64,000 nt of DNA from Schizosaccharomyces osmophilus. Lineage: Eukaryota. The notes beneath the pieces are model-generated. The model searched no databases. It was not told where the DNA came from and saw nothing but the letters and a program-made list of their open reading frames with translations. This document shows, piece after piece, positions 1 through 13,872 of the stretch. A program made the position numbers and the translations under genes. Positions within the stretch are counted from its first letter, which is position 1. Every line of letters begins with the position of its first letter. The DNA is taken from positions 3,844,001 to 3,908,000 of the forward strand of contig NC_079238.1 in NCBI RefSeq assembly GCF_027921745.1, written 5' to 3'.

Positions 1-1
1 T

Positions 2-640
2 GCCGGTATTAGTATGGTTATCCACCCAAGCAATCCTATGGCGCCTACCACGCATCTGAATTACCGTTATTTTGAATTAGTCAACAGCGACGGAAAAAAG
101 ACTTGGTGGTTCGGAGGTGGTGCCGACTTGACTCCTAGTGTTCTTTTTGAGGAAGATGCTAGACATTTCCATAAATTACACAAAGAAGCCTGTGATCGCC
201 ATGATCCTACCTTTTATCCTCGTTTCAAAAAGTGGGCAGACGACTATTTTCTCATTAAGCACAGAAAAGAAACTCGCGGTATCGGCGGTATCTTCTTTGA
301 TGACTTATCCGATAAAGACCCTGAAAATCTGTTTGCTTTTATCAAAGATTGTGCTTACACCTTCCTTCCTTCCTACATCCCTATCATGAAAAAGAGAAAG
401 GACATGGAGTTCACCGAAGACGACAAGGAGTTCCAACTCATTCGCCGTGGATTCTACACCGAGTTTAATGTCATGTATGATCGTGGAACATGGTTTGGCC
501 TTCAAGCTCCAAATCCACGGGTCGAATCTATCCTTATGACACTTCCTCTACACGCTTCTTGGCGCTACAATTATCAGCCCAAGGAAGAGCGCCATAAGGC
601 TTTAATAGAGGCAACCCATCATCCTGTTGAGTGGGCCTAA
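2..640 (+). CDS. hem13: Coproporphyrinogen III oxidase, C-terminal part (5' end lies outside the window)
   Basis: Motifs [49 protein letters not shown] and [10 protein letters not shown]. The frame is open back to the window edge. Confidence 0.96.
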   Translation, partial: AGISMVIHPSNPMAPTTHLNYRYFELVNSDGKKTWWFGGGADLTPSVLFEEDARHFHKLHKEACDRHDPTFYPRFKKWADDYFLIKHRKETRGIGGIFFDDLSDKDPENLFAFIKDCAYTFLPSYIPIMKKRKDMEFTEDDKEFQLIRRGFYTEFNVMYDRGTWFGLQAPNPRVESILMTLPLHASWRYNYQPKEERHKALIEATHHPVEWA

Positions 641-714
641 AAACACTTCCTCCCATGTTATTCTTTCATCCTTCATGAACTGTCCACCTTCAAACCCTTT
701 TCATTCTTCATCAT

Positions 715-737
715 AAAAAAAAAAAAAAAAAAAAAAA
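715..737. repeat. Poly(dA) tract, 23 nt
   Basis: Homopolymer downstream of the hem13 stop codon. Confidence 0.9.
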
Positions 738-1183
738 TTCACTATGATTTTATCACCTGCTTGTTTCTTTTTTTTTTGTCCTTTTATTTCCTTCCCGTCT
801 TTTGAATAATTCTACCTTTGCGTTTGTTTTAATGAATTTAACAATTAACCAAGCTTCCTGTCGTAGCTTTTATTCGTTTTAGTTTTTGTAAGCGTGTTAG
901 AGTCTTGTCTTTCCTAGCTTTCGTAAACCTTGGCCTTACTTCAAACATAGTAGTAATTTCTCCCTCTGTTGTAATATCAGTTTAAATTGCAGAATTCTTT
1001 AAATAACAAAGAAAGTGTATAACACGCTCAGACATGTTATTTTTCGGATGCTATCGAAATAAATACTAAGGACTGAAAGAGTTATATAGGTCGTAAACTT
1101 CCCTAATTCCAACTGGGAGATGGGAGATAAAAGATGAAACAGCACTATAAGAAAGATGTCTTCTAGAAGCTGTGATACATGGT

Positions 1184-1482
1184 TCAATCCATAAATTTTT
1201 TGCAATCAAAGCTAGGTGGTCGATTTGGGTCTGCCGATAATGTGCATATATACCTGAATTTAAAAGTCAGTATTCAAACATTGCATGATAATTTCAACAA
1301 ACATACCCTAAAGATTGAAGTGTTGAGAATAACTGGGTCTCTAAACCTCCCAGTTCGACGCAATTCAACTGGTTTGTCTCACTCACTCGACAGACCTTTT
1401 TCGTGTCATTCTGTAGCCCTTCAACGAAAACTCGTTCTCCTTCTTTTGAATTTTCTAAAAATCCTCGCAATGTATTCTCCAT
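1184..1482 (-). CDS. Small two-exon protein (81 aa) of unknown function
   Basis: ATG at 1482; exon 1 1482-1307; 53-nt intron 1306-1254 (GTATGT..TACTGAC..TTCAG); exon 2 1253-1184 ending TGA. Product: MENTLRGFLENSKEGERVFVEGLQNDTKKVCRVSETNQLNCVELGGLETQLFSTLQSLGYICTLSADPNRPPSFDCKKFMD. Confidence 0.75.
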
Positions 1483-2014
1483 TTTCCGTTTCTTCGTTTT
1501 ACAGTTTCTTAAAGGCTTACGTGGAAAAGGTAAGAAACTCCGCTGATAACTACTGTAGTAATTGCTCCTAAGTACAGCAAGCCACCTTGACGTTTTCTCC
1601 CGAAACATCAATCGTCCTTTACTTTCCTCATTATATTTATGCATTCTATTTATAAACATAGCAAAAATAATGCTATTCACTACATTTTCTTTCAAAGCAA
1701 TGTTTAAACTACTACATTTCGTATTACTAACACGCTACTTAAAACAGAATTCTCTGAGAACAAGTATTATTTTTTAATACTCTAATAGCAGAGAAAAAAG
1801 CATTATAACTGTCTGCTGCTGATGAGAAGAGGAAGGATAGTTAAAAAGTATAATCAAAGTCAGATATCTGTTAAAAAGATAGAATGTCATCAGACGTTAG
1901 TTTATTAATTTGATCAACAAGGACATATCGTGATACGCCTAGTTGGTAAATGAGCGTGGGCATAAGCATAATAAACATACAAATGGAATACTTTACAGTT
2001 TATTCCACGTTTGT

Positions 2015-3685
<1,671 letters not shown>

Positions 3686-4308
3686 CTATAAAATACATTC
3701 ACTTAAATAAATAAATACTTTTATATATTATATCTAATTCTTTTTGTATATTTAAATCCTACACAACTGTTACCGCTGTTACTTTGGGAACAGCTGGACG
3801 AAGGTAAGGCTCGGATGTAGAAAACATGAAGAAAGCCTTTTCATTGTATTTAAAAAACATAACTTTATTTAGAAAAACTTTCTTTCTATGTTTGGAATAT
3901 AATTTTGGTGTCTCTTTTTACAACTTGTTTTGACTGTCCGCTATGAGTTCCATGGACAAGGCTAGTATGGTAGTATAACGGATATAAAGTATTGGCTTTC
4001 AAATCTATAAGTAAATGTGTAGACGCCTCCTAAGGCTTTGGCAGAAATTTCTTTCTATTGTTTTTTTTTTGGCTTAAAAATTATTTAGCGGTTTCCCATG
4101 ATACAGTAATGGTTTTCATTATGCAAGTTGCTTATAAAATGGGAAATCGAATTTTATTATTATTTGCAGGTGTATGAGCGTGAATCGAGTAATAAAACTT
4201 TCTGATGTTAATAATTTTAAACAAGCTTATCTTTGAAAACTCGAGTTCATAAGCTTGAGTTCATAACAAACATTAAATTTGAATCATGAATAACATTAAA
4301 GGTGCGCG

Positions 4309-6262
4309 TTATTCAGAAACTCTCACAAAACTCCGCTGTTCGGGATCATAATTAAAAAATTTACAGACAGTTGAGTAACGATCGGATTCAATACAATATA
4401 GGGTGTGTAGAGGAAGTCCTACATCAATAATTTCCTAAATACGGTGAGCTTTTTCATGAAACATTCTTGCAGCAGATAGACACATACCTCTGGACTATAA
4501 TTAAGAAAATAGGTCATTAAAATATTTGACACCACTCGATGTGCAATGACTAAAACATTTCCAGAGCACCTTTCCAACTCAACAATGATCGGTTGTAAGC
4601 GATGAACAACATCCAGGTAGCTTTCTCCGCCAAGTCCAGAGAAACGGTAAGAAACATCTCTCCGTTGAATCACTTGGTATTCCTCAGGATACTTTTCGGC
4701 AAATTCTTTCATCGTTAGCCCTTCGCGGGAGCCAAAATTTAGATCATTCAACATTCGCATTTTTTTGACATCGTATACACCTGGATTAAAAAACTGCGTT
4801 GTTTCGATAGCACGTTGACGAACCGAAGACCAAATATTAAATGCTTCTGCTTCAAAAGTTGGTTTTTCAGAATTCAATCTCTCAGTCGTTTCCCGTAATT
4901 GCCATAACACACGTTGTCGATCGATAAATTTTGCCAGATCCTCAGCATATTGCACACCCAGATCCGTTAAGGGAGCATCTCCTCCTACTCTTCCTGCAAT
5001 CGTATCATTAGATTGTCCAGGTCGAGTAAGCCATATTTGACGCTTTCTGATGTTCAAATTAAGCATAAAATAGACAGCTTGGCCAGTTAAAAACCCTTCA
5101 ATGTTATGGGTAATGACTTTGATTCCTACGTTGATGACTTTAACATATTGCAAAAAGGGAAGAGCTTCTTCTCGTTCATCAATCGGCTCGTAATATTTCC
5201 TATACAAATCAACACGTTTCTTCAAGTCTGCTAAGGCTTCTTCGGATTCAAACCCTTCATAATCAGGTCCCCTAGCTTTTAAAACCATGTTTTGTTGAAA
5301 GATCTAGCATCAAAGTTAGTAAACAAATGAAAGGAGAATTGCAGTTTTTGAGATCAGACATACCTGTTCCTCAGTACACATGCTTTCCAAGAACATTATA
5401 CCCAGGTTTTCTTCTTGGCTAACTCGATCATATATTAATTTTCTTCTTTGATACGTAGAGTTGGTGGCATCCAATACACCGATAACTCCATTTTCGTTCA
5501 ACAACCAATGCAATAAGTTTTCAAGAGTTTCCATAGCCAGATATTCACGAAAACTTTTCAGTTTTTCGTTTTCTATATCGAAGAATGGAGCAGACATGGA
5601 ATATTTACTGGCTCCTTCTTCACGACGTTTATCACCAACGCTGAAAAATCGACAATTATACCTAAGCCAATTATAATAACGAACGAGTCTAAAAAATTAC
5701 AATTGTATTAGCATGGAAGGAGAAAAATCAAAAACACATACTTGGAGCCGATATATGACTTTCCTGTCGCGGGAATCCCTACAAGCACAATTACCAGCTT
5801 CTCTCTAATACCGTAGGATCCGCAGTTCAATTCATTTTCAGCTTTCCTTGACACGGTCAGACCAGGGATGTCGATCGTTGACTCTTGGCGGATTTGGTGT
5901 TTGGCAGTCTTCCTGGTTTTCACTCCTAACGGAGTAGATCCACCGTCTTCTTCTCGAATGGAAGGAAACCATTTACCAACATTGGGTTTCGTTTTTGCAT
6001 CCAGTAATGGAGCCTTCGAATCCAGATCTTTAAGTTTTATGTCTTCCTTTTTAGGCAGCTGATTTATACCGGAATGAATCTCCCTAGTTGCCGCAATTGA
6101 AGGCCTACGGGGCTGTCGTTCTGGGGCTCTCGGCTCTGGTTGTACAATTTTAGAAGAAAACTGTAGCTTTTTAGAATCTTTTGTTGGACCGCTTCCTGAA
6201 TTGGAACCGTCTGATATACTACCACTATCATTGTCTTGTTTTTTTTTAGAGCAATCCTTCAT
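4309..6262 (-). CDS. 6-phosphofructo-2-kinase/fructose-2,6-bisphosphatase family protein, 4 exons (SPAC222.13c-like)
   Basis: P-loop GIPATGKS, DATNST motif and a His-phosphatase-like C-terminal domain. Introns at about 5741-5689, 5363-5304 and 4487-4435; stop TAA at 4311-4309. Start ATG 6262 is inferred. Confidence 0.88.
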
Positions 6263-7163
6263 ATTTGTTTGTAGTCTCGTTTCTTTGCTTTTTCCTTTAC
6301 AATTAGTCAAGATCAAATGACTTTCGAATTCTACTCAATGCTCGACTTCTTTCAAACTTTCCAGACGCAATTCGAAGTGACAAGCGCCAAACCTTTTGGT
6401 AATTGTGAAATACTTATTGAAACAGAAAAATGGACCTTTGTTTTACATTAAGCTGAATGCTGGCGTTCGGAGAGGTAAAATTATCCATCAACTTTGGCAT
6501 ACCTAATTCGTATGCACAGGTAACATTGACTGGATCTAGAATATCGTATTCTGTAATATGATGTGTGTTTATTTGTGTTTTTGGAACAGAAATAAACAAC
6601 ATTTTAATAAAAAAATTATCTTATTTGAAATGAAATTCGAGATAGAAGCTCTTTCATAAAAAATCTTTTCTTTGGAATTTCAACGAATGCTTCGATTTGA
6701 ACTTTCTTCTGAAAATGATTCTTTCTTACTTGCTTGATCCTGTGGTTCAATGTTCAAAAACTTTGCTACCCATAAGAGGAGAATGGAGTTAATTTAATAA
6801 AACACTGGATTTCAACTAAGAAGAACCCATTTTTATTGAATCCTTGCGCTGCATGATTTATTGTCTTTTCCCATGAAGAAAGGAGTCTAGTCTGTCTAAA
6901 AAGACAAGACATACAGTACAATACAATATAGTCACTCATGCATAGAAACTAGAGCATTCAAAGCATACAATTTCATCATTTTGTTTAATAATAAATAAAA
7001 GGATTTTTTATAACTGTGGTATTTCTTGAAAATATATACGTGTCAGTATATTTATGTAAACTCATGAACGAAATTATTTTTAACATTAAACGTCAAATAG
7101 AATAGGATGAATTCATTCTTCTTCATTCAGCAAACCGGGTTCGGGCAGCCCTAGCGCAACAAC

Positions 7164-9648
7164 TCAAGAAAGAGCAGCTTTCTCTAAATCACCGTCTATG
7201 CTCGCTTTTTCCGAAGAATTTTCTCTTGAAAAGCTTTTTTCTTGTTGCATGCTACCACCACCTTGATAAGACTCTGCAACTCTTTCAGTGACAAAATCCA
7301 CCAGTCCACCAGCTGCTCGGTTCGCAAAAACTTTGGCTGGCCTTATCATTCCTGTTGCATAAAGAATATATAATAAGGACCCTCCAATAAGTAATAACAT
7401 AAAAAAGAAAGGATTTCTTATAACGGCCATAAATTCATTCCATCCAAGTACCAAGAGCAATGCCCAAAAATATGGGGGAATCCTTGTTTGTGTACTTACG
7501 ACAGATCGTTTAGAATCCAAATATATCAAATCAGCTGTTCTCTTCAGGTTTACAGAAGTGTCTGAGATTCGCTTTCGGTTCAAAATTGTCAAAAAATCGT
7601 TAGGACTAGAAAACGAGGAATCAATCTCCTTCACGTCGAATCCAAGCTCAGGAGTTCTTCCATCAGAGTACTTCATACACGAAAGAACCTTTATCAACTC
7701 AAGAGACTTGGAAACACTTTCTCTGTAATCAAGATCGAGCGTATCAGACTTTTTAAAGAGTTTAGGCATACCATCGGCATCATAGCGAAAAGTTTCTTCA
7801 AAATATACACGCAATCGCTGCTGAAGGAGAAGATCAGACATCTCAAGTACGACCTTCTTCCGAAACGCCATCCAGACGTCTTTATGAAAGTCGTGAATGT
7901 AGTCTTGAGCTACTTCCGGTTCTGCTGAATCCATAAAGAGAGGAAACACACGGACCAATTCATCTGCTGCCTGCTTCTGATGTGTCGAAAGCTCATCGAG
8001 CAACCCGTCCCATACTTTAAGATTGGGTTTTTGAAGAGCAATTTCAAGAGATTCTGCAACCTGGGTTTGCAGGCTGGTACGCATCTCCGCTATTTTGGAC
8101 AATAGTTTTTGCTTACAAACAGAGTCACAAGAGCTTTCTAGCTCTTCTGATAATTTAAGCAAAAATTGAGCCGAATCCCAATCGATACCAGCAATCATCA
8201 AAGATTGTGCCTCTTCTTGCATACGGCATTTAGATTTTTCGATTTCCCGAGAAGACAATTCCTTAAATGGCTTATCAGAGGGGAAACTTTCGGCCGTTTT
8301 AACAAATGAAGCAACCAGCTGTTTTTGCAAGGCATTCAACTGAGCCTGGAAAAACACATACAATGATGTATCAACACTGCGCAGTAATTCCTGTTTCTTT
8401 TTTTCATAAATGGCAGAATTATACCTTTTGGCTTGTCTATCGTAATCTTTCACAACTTGTTCGAATAATTCCCGCATACGACTTGCCAGATTTTCGCAAA
8501 TGTTTCCTGGCAAAAACTCACTTTTCAAAACGCTGCAGGCTTTCGTAAAAGGCTCCATAGCTTCGGCTATGATCTCATCACATCGATACTGTGCAAGCAG
8601 TTGCTGTTGTGTAGGCAAATCAAGATCTTTGTTGTTTTCAATCGTATCCCATATTTCTCGGGTATACAAAGAAAATCCATCGGCAGGAATACGCTTGTGA
8701 TAGCTGGGATCAAAAACATAATCAGGAGCATCACTGTTTGAAAATCTTGTCCGAAGCGAATCAACCGCCGTATCAAATGCTTCTGAACAAAGTATTTTAT
8801 GGGGAAGTCCCGTGAATCCAAGGTCAAAAAAGTCGGTAATCTTAGAATCTTCTAATCCTGGAGGTTTTGATAGAGAAGACCAGACATTCATCAAATCCGT
8901 CTTTATAGTTTCAGACAAGTTTACCATAGATGTAGTTCCTATGTAGTCTCGAATCACGAATTGAAGTAAACTTCTCTCTTTCTTTGAATGAAACAACTGG
9001 AGATGGACCTCTAACACAGTTTTTAACAAAACCATATTAGAGCCTTGATAAAGTCCTATTTGATGCTCCCACATATTCACGATAATCACTTCACTAGTAG
9101 CTATTGAAAATAGTGCCGATTTTCGTTCAAAGTCCTATACAACCTGTTAGTACTACATACGTTACCAGCATAACAAGAATCCACTTCTAAGGATTATGAT
9201 TCGAAGATATCAATCAAATTATACATACCTGATCATCACCTCTTTCACGGCCATCAGTTCCCTCTACATCCATTACAAGGATGGGAGCTTCTTGGGCCTT
9301 TGATAACCAAATACCTAACATGTTAATTAAACATGCTCCTTCTCTGTGCATAGAACCCACAATACCTTTTGTTGTTTGCTGTCTTTTACCAGCATCCATA
9401 ACATCGAATCTTGTACCAAACAACTGATTTAAAAGGGTACCTTTCCATTGTTAATACTAATTGTAAAAAGAAATCAAAAAAGTCATGAAAATCTTACTTT
9501 TGCCTGTAGATTGAGAACCCAAGACTGCGACTACATGATAACTAAATCCGGCATCTGCCAAGTTTACTTCTTGCATAAATTGAGGTATGTCTTTATTGAA
9601 CGATTTATGCTCATCGACAATCTGCGTACAGATCCTCTGAGGGACCAT
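7164..9648 (-). CDS. sey1: Atlastin-like ER fusion GTPase Sey1/RHD3, 4 exons
   Basis: [44 protein letters not shown] and the C-terminal hairpin [15 protein letters not shown]. Three canonical introns between about 9137 and 9500. Confidence 0.95.
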
Positions 9649-9909
9649 TTTTTATGATGGTGTAGGTGGAAGAGAAGTAAGTCCATTAGCTCACTACAAA
9701 AGTGTTCTTTGAAACTTCGCGTTGCATAAACAAGATTTTGTTCTATTTAAGTTTTCTTTTCTAATTGAAAACAAACAAATTGAAAAAAAATTAGTACGAA
9801 AACTACACGAAACTTTCCATGACAAGCATTTCGGTACCGCCATTCGGGTCTGAAAGGAATAGAAGGTACTCGCCTTTCCTTGGTGGCACTATTCAATTAT
9901 CTATTCAAA

Positions 9910-10315
9910 ATGAACAGCATCCTGGCTGATCAACTTCGACCGTCAACACTTTGAATAGTACAGATTGACATTGGGAAACGAGTATAGCTTTTGAAACAAA
10001 TCCTCGAACACTATTACACCAAAACGAGGTTACGTTAGAACAAATCGACTTTTTTAAAAAGGTATAAGCAGTACATGCTATTTGCGTTTCTGCGAATTGA
10101 ATTTTTACGGCTTGCCTTAGTACGACTCAAATTATCCTTATATGATTCAAAGATTTCGTTCAAGAAGAATCCATGTATGTTTGCTTCCTTTTTTTCTTTG
10201 CTCTTTCATTTGGATTAGATAAACTAGATGCGCTTCTAGCCTTTGATGAAATGCAACAGAAGCGAGAAGGCTGCTATTTACACTTGATTTTCATGTGCAA
10301 TGGGATAGTAGGATG
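9910..10315 (+). pseudogene. Possible decayed RRM (Srp1-like) gene relic
   Basis: Fragments RPSTL*IVQIDIGKRV*LLKQILEHY, DALLAFDEMQQKR and (frameshifted) LDFHVQWDSR resemble RRM beta1/alpha1, alpha2 and beta4. In-frame stops are present and the similarity is by eye only. Confidence 0.25.
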
Positions 10316-10568
10316 AAGCTCGTCAGATTAGTTTCATGAAGAATTTACTCTTCCAATCCTCTTTACCTTATTCAACTGGTACCTTCAGGAAGAACGACTA
10401 TCCTCAATCCGAAAAAAAGCCACAAGTTACTAACAAAAAGATTTAAATTATATTATCAAGCTCTATGACCTCTTCTTCTATTTCTAGTTGTTCTTTTGAT
10501 ATTCTTGTCATTGGATATATAAGTATCCTCCGCTAACGCGAGACTCACTCTTAACATTCATCTACAAA

Positions 10569-11461
10569 ATGGCAAAAGCAAAAGAAGTAAAACCAAAAAG
10601 TGTTAAAGGAGAAGAGGGTAATAATAGGATATACAAAACAGTTTTAAAAAGTTGTCTCACACGCGTTTAGCTGAAAAGATGATCCATGACTATTTACGCA
10701 GAACAAACCGTCCCTTCTCAGCTAGTAAGCACACATACCTACATCAATTTTGCTTTATTAACAATTATAAAGCCGATATCAGCGCGAATTTGAAGAATGC
10801 TGTTACCAAACAGGTAGCACAAAAGATTTTAGAACAATTGCGCGACAACGGTCAGATACATGGAAAATCTTACGGTAAATATTGTAAAATTTACTATGAA
10901 ACTAATTTTTTTAAGGGAAACAAAGCGTTTACGTCTGCCTACAAGATTGTCTTGAAGAAGCATCTTCTGACCAACTAACGGATTTGGATCGCCAGATTCA
11001 AACCTTGAAAGGAGATCTTGAAAGTGTAAAGGCAGAGTACAAGGTGAAAGCAACAGGTATTGAATTATGCACGAGCTTGAAAGCTTTACTGTGTTTATCT
11101 AGACTTGGCTTGTCTAGGGAACCGAATTTCCTGAGTTATTAACTGAACGATAGAATTTCAAATATTAAACAATTCCCCTAGTCCGGCTGAAATTCATCAA
11201 AAAATTTCCACATTAGATAAAGACATTGAGCAAACAAAGAGCAAGTTAGATTGCCTGCAAGCTGGTTCCATCAAGAGTGTTACGGAGGAGGAGATGAAGG
11301 ATACATTAGCAAATCATGATTTTGTCAGAAAAGGTTACTTACAACGAAGGAAAATGTTTTACAACTTGTGGAATCTCATTACAGATTGTTTGGAAAACCC
11401 CAAAGAATTATGGGACAAACTAGGATTTGAAAAAGACGAAGTTACGGATGTTAAACAATAA
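10569..11461 (+). CDS. meu13: Hop2/TBPIP family meiotic recombination protein, 5 exons
   Basis: MAKAKEVKPKSVKGEE|AEKMIHDYLRRTNRPFSA|TDISANLKN..GKSY|GKQSVY. Four introns; the C-terminus ENPKELWDKLGFEKDEVTDVKQ* is typical of Hop2. Confidence 0.93.
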
Positions 11462-11817
11462 CTAAAACACACCTTTTTTTTACATTAACGCAAAATGCAA
11501 AACCGCCTTTAAACATGTTTTCCAAACTTTACAATTTACGAATCTAGAAAAATGAATTTATCAATCAATATGGGGTTCAGTCGTTTCTAATTTTAATGAT
11601 ATTTTTACAAGCCTATGCTGAAGAAAACTAGAGACTTGATTAGTAGGAAAAGTGAATAATAGCTCAAGGCAAAGCAGGATTTTCAACAAAAAAGCTGCAT
11701 GAACGCTGCCGTTGAAAAAGTTATACTTTGCATGTTTTACGGATTGTAAGAGAAACCTTTGTCCTAAATTATATTATCGTGAACAATTGGTCGTTTTCGT
11801 CGAGTGACCAAAGTATT

Positions 11818-13210
11818 TTAGGCTTTAATTTGGGTCATAGACTTTTTATATGGTGATTTCGAAAAATACATAGACTTCATTTCCTTAACACTCTCCAAAA
11901 TTTTTGCACTTTCAACAAGTTTTTCAGAGAGCTCTTTACATTGTTCCATATTCACAGGTTCAAATGGATCAAACTCGACGAAGTATTGACCCTCCTCGTT
12001 CTGAACAAGTTTTGACTTCTCATCATACTTCTTCACAATCTCCCATGTCTGTTCTTCTGACAGGGAAAGCTTGTCAGAAACATAATTAATTGGTAAAGAC
12101 CGGAAACGTCTTCTTAGTTTATATAGCTGATGCCTTGGAAATTGTTCCAGAGAAAAAAGTATGAAGGGAATAGCATTGTCCTAAGAAAATGTTAATAGGC
12201 CAATCTACAAAAGGTTGCCCCTTCGAACATAGGGACTTACCGTCTCATATCTCAACCAGTTCTCTTTCAAAACTGCTTGAAGAGGCTCGATGCCTTTCTG
12301 GTAGGCATCTATGTAACTTTCGTAGGGAGCTATAAACGTCTTTAAAGGTAAAAGGTTCCCGCAAGTAGTGGAATTAATAGGATATCTCTGTCAAATAAAT
12401 TAGAACCACAAGAGAACAGAAGCATTTTTCTATTCATACCTTTCCATTCAGTCCAAGGTGAAGTAGCAGAAAACCAAATAAAGCTTTTTCATGAAAAACG
12501 GTTACAACTGCAGTAGGAAGATATAGAATCTGCAAATCAAAAGGGTTAATAAGGGAAGCTGAAAGATTAGCTAGCTTACCGAAAACATCCATCCTTGAGC
12601 TTCATATAAATCATTATTACCAAGACAATGATAGGCAGCCAATAAACAATACTCGAGCAGCGACGGGGTAGGTAAATTCTATAAAGAGTTAGAAGCCTTG
12701 ATTTCCGTAACCTGCTCAATAGACATGGACCGTTAATCGAATACGATCATCATTGTCTTTTCAATGGACATACGCTGGTTATAATATCCCACCGTAAGGT
12801 TGATGTGCCTAAGGCATATTGTTTTTGACGCAAAAGTTCTTTGAGAAAACAGACATGGATTATAGATATGCCGGGCTGTTGAGCGGCATGAGAAACAGCT
12901 TCAAAGACGAGATTGTATTTCTAAACAGAGATAAGTACAAAGCTTCAAAAACCTCAAGAGTAGTAACACCTATTATACCTCTGGCTCCTTATGATAAAAC
13001 TCTTCCACCAAATGATCCATCGCAGCGGTTACTTTTGTAAAATCATTAGACTCTAGATTTCATACAAGCAAAGAAAATTAATTCTTATTTCATACCCATA
13101 ATCCCATGTAAATTACATTCTTCAAGAGAATTAGTACGAACAAACTGTATAAAGTCAAACAGCAATTTCCCAGGATCTTCCAACGGATTAAAAGGAGTTT
13201 GATGTTCCAT
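11818..13210 (-). CDS. csn3: COP9 signalosome subunit 3 (PCI-type), 7 exons
   Basis: Reconstructed with 6 GT-AG introns that keep the frame from ATG 13210. Segments IIHVCFLKELLRQKQY, LLEYCLLAAYHCLG and ALFGFLLLHLGLNGK resemble CSN3; position next to meu13 fits recalled synteny. Confidence 0.8.
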
Positions 13211-13872
13211 TTTCAATATACAGAAAATTGCATCGTTCAACTAGGAAACAAATTTCGAAACACCAAACATTCCTTTTGGTATATTATGATGTACTTAACA
13301 TATTACAGCATACGAATATCGAGACAAAGTGAACTTCATTAAGCAATAAATTTCAAATACGCTTGTAATTGAGAAAACTCTGACGATAAAAACTGCAAAT
13401 TCATGTCTTTTTTTTGAATGTTTTTTAAGATATATATTTATTTAGTAATGGATTGTACACCAATTGAAAATTCTTCAAATTGACGTAGAAGCTCTAACAG
13501 CTAGAATTGTTCAATGCAAGCAACGAAATTCATCTTTAGCAACCCAAGGTTCAATTTAGAGATAAATATATCGTAAACTCCAACACATACACATGTGTCT
13601 TGTCATACTTATATCTTCATACACTTCAAAGCTTCGAAACAAGTATTCAGCAAAACTAAATATTTAGTATACCTTATTGTTTTCATTTAAGTATGATTTT
13701 TAGGTATGCGGATAAAAACAAAAAAAGAGAAACTCTAACATAAAACAATTGTAAACACACAATGCACTGAAATTAACGAGAAACAGAAGCACAGATATAT
13801 TTAGACGTCTTTTCGAAAAGTACAAGTGCGTCCTTTAAATTAACACAGAAACAAAAACCATTTCCACAAAAA

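Noticed and set aside
1179..1571. 130-aa plus-strand ORF
   Set aside because: It overlaps the better-supported spliced minus-strand gene and has no recognisable features.
6295..6602. 62-aa ORF and an intron-like segment upstream of the PFK-2 gene as an extra coding exon
   Set aside because: Splicing at 6413/6295 joins a frame with an upstream stop and no ATG. At most this is a 5' UTR intron or a uORF.
9315..9365. Stop-free 3n introns (sey1 intron 2, 51 nt; also spn2 intron 1, 48 nt) as regulated retention
   Set aside because: Expected by chance among short introns, and the splice signals are ordinary.
11818..13210. csn3 region looked like a pseudogene in the ORF track
   Set aside because: Six GT-AG introns restore a continuous reading frame.
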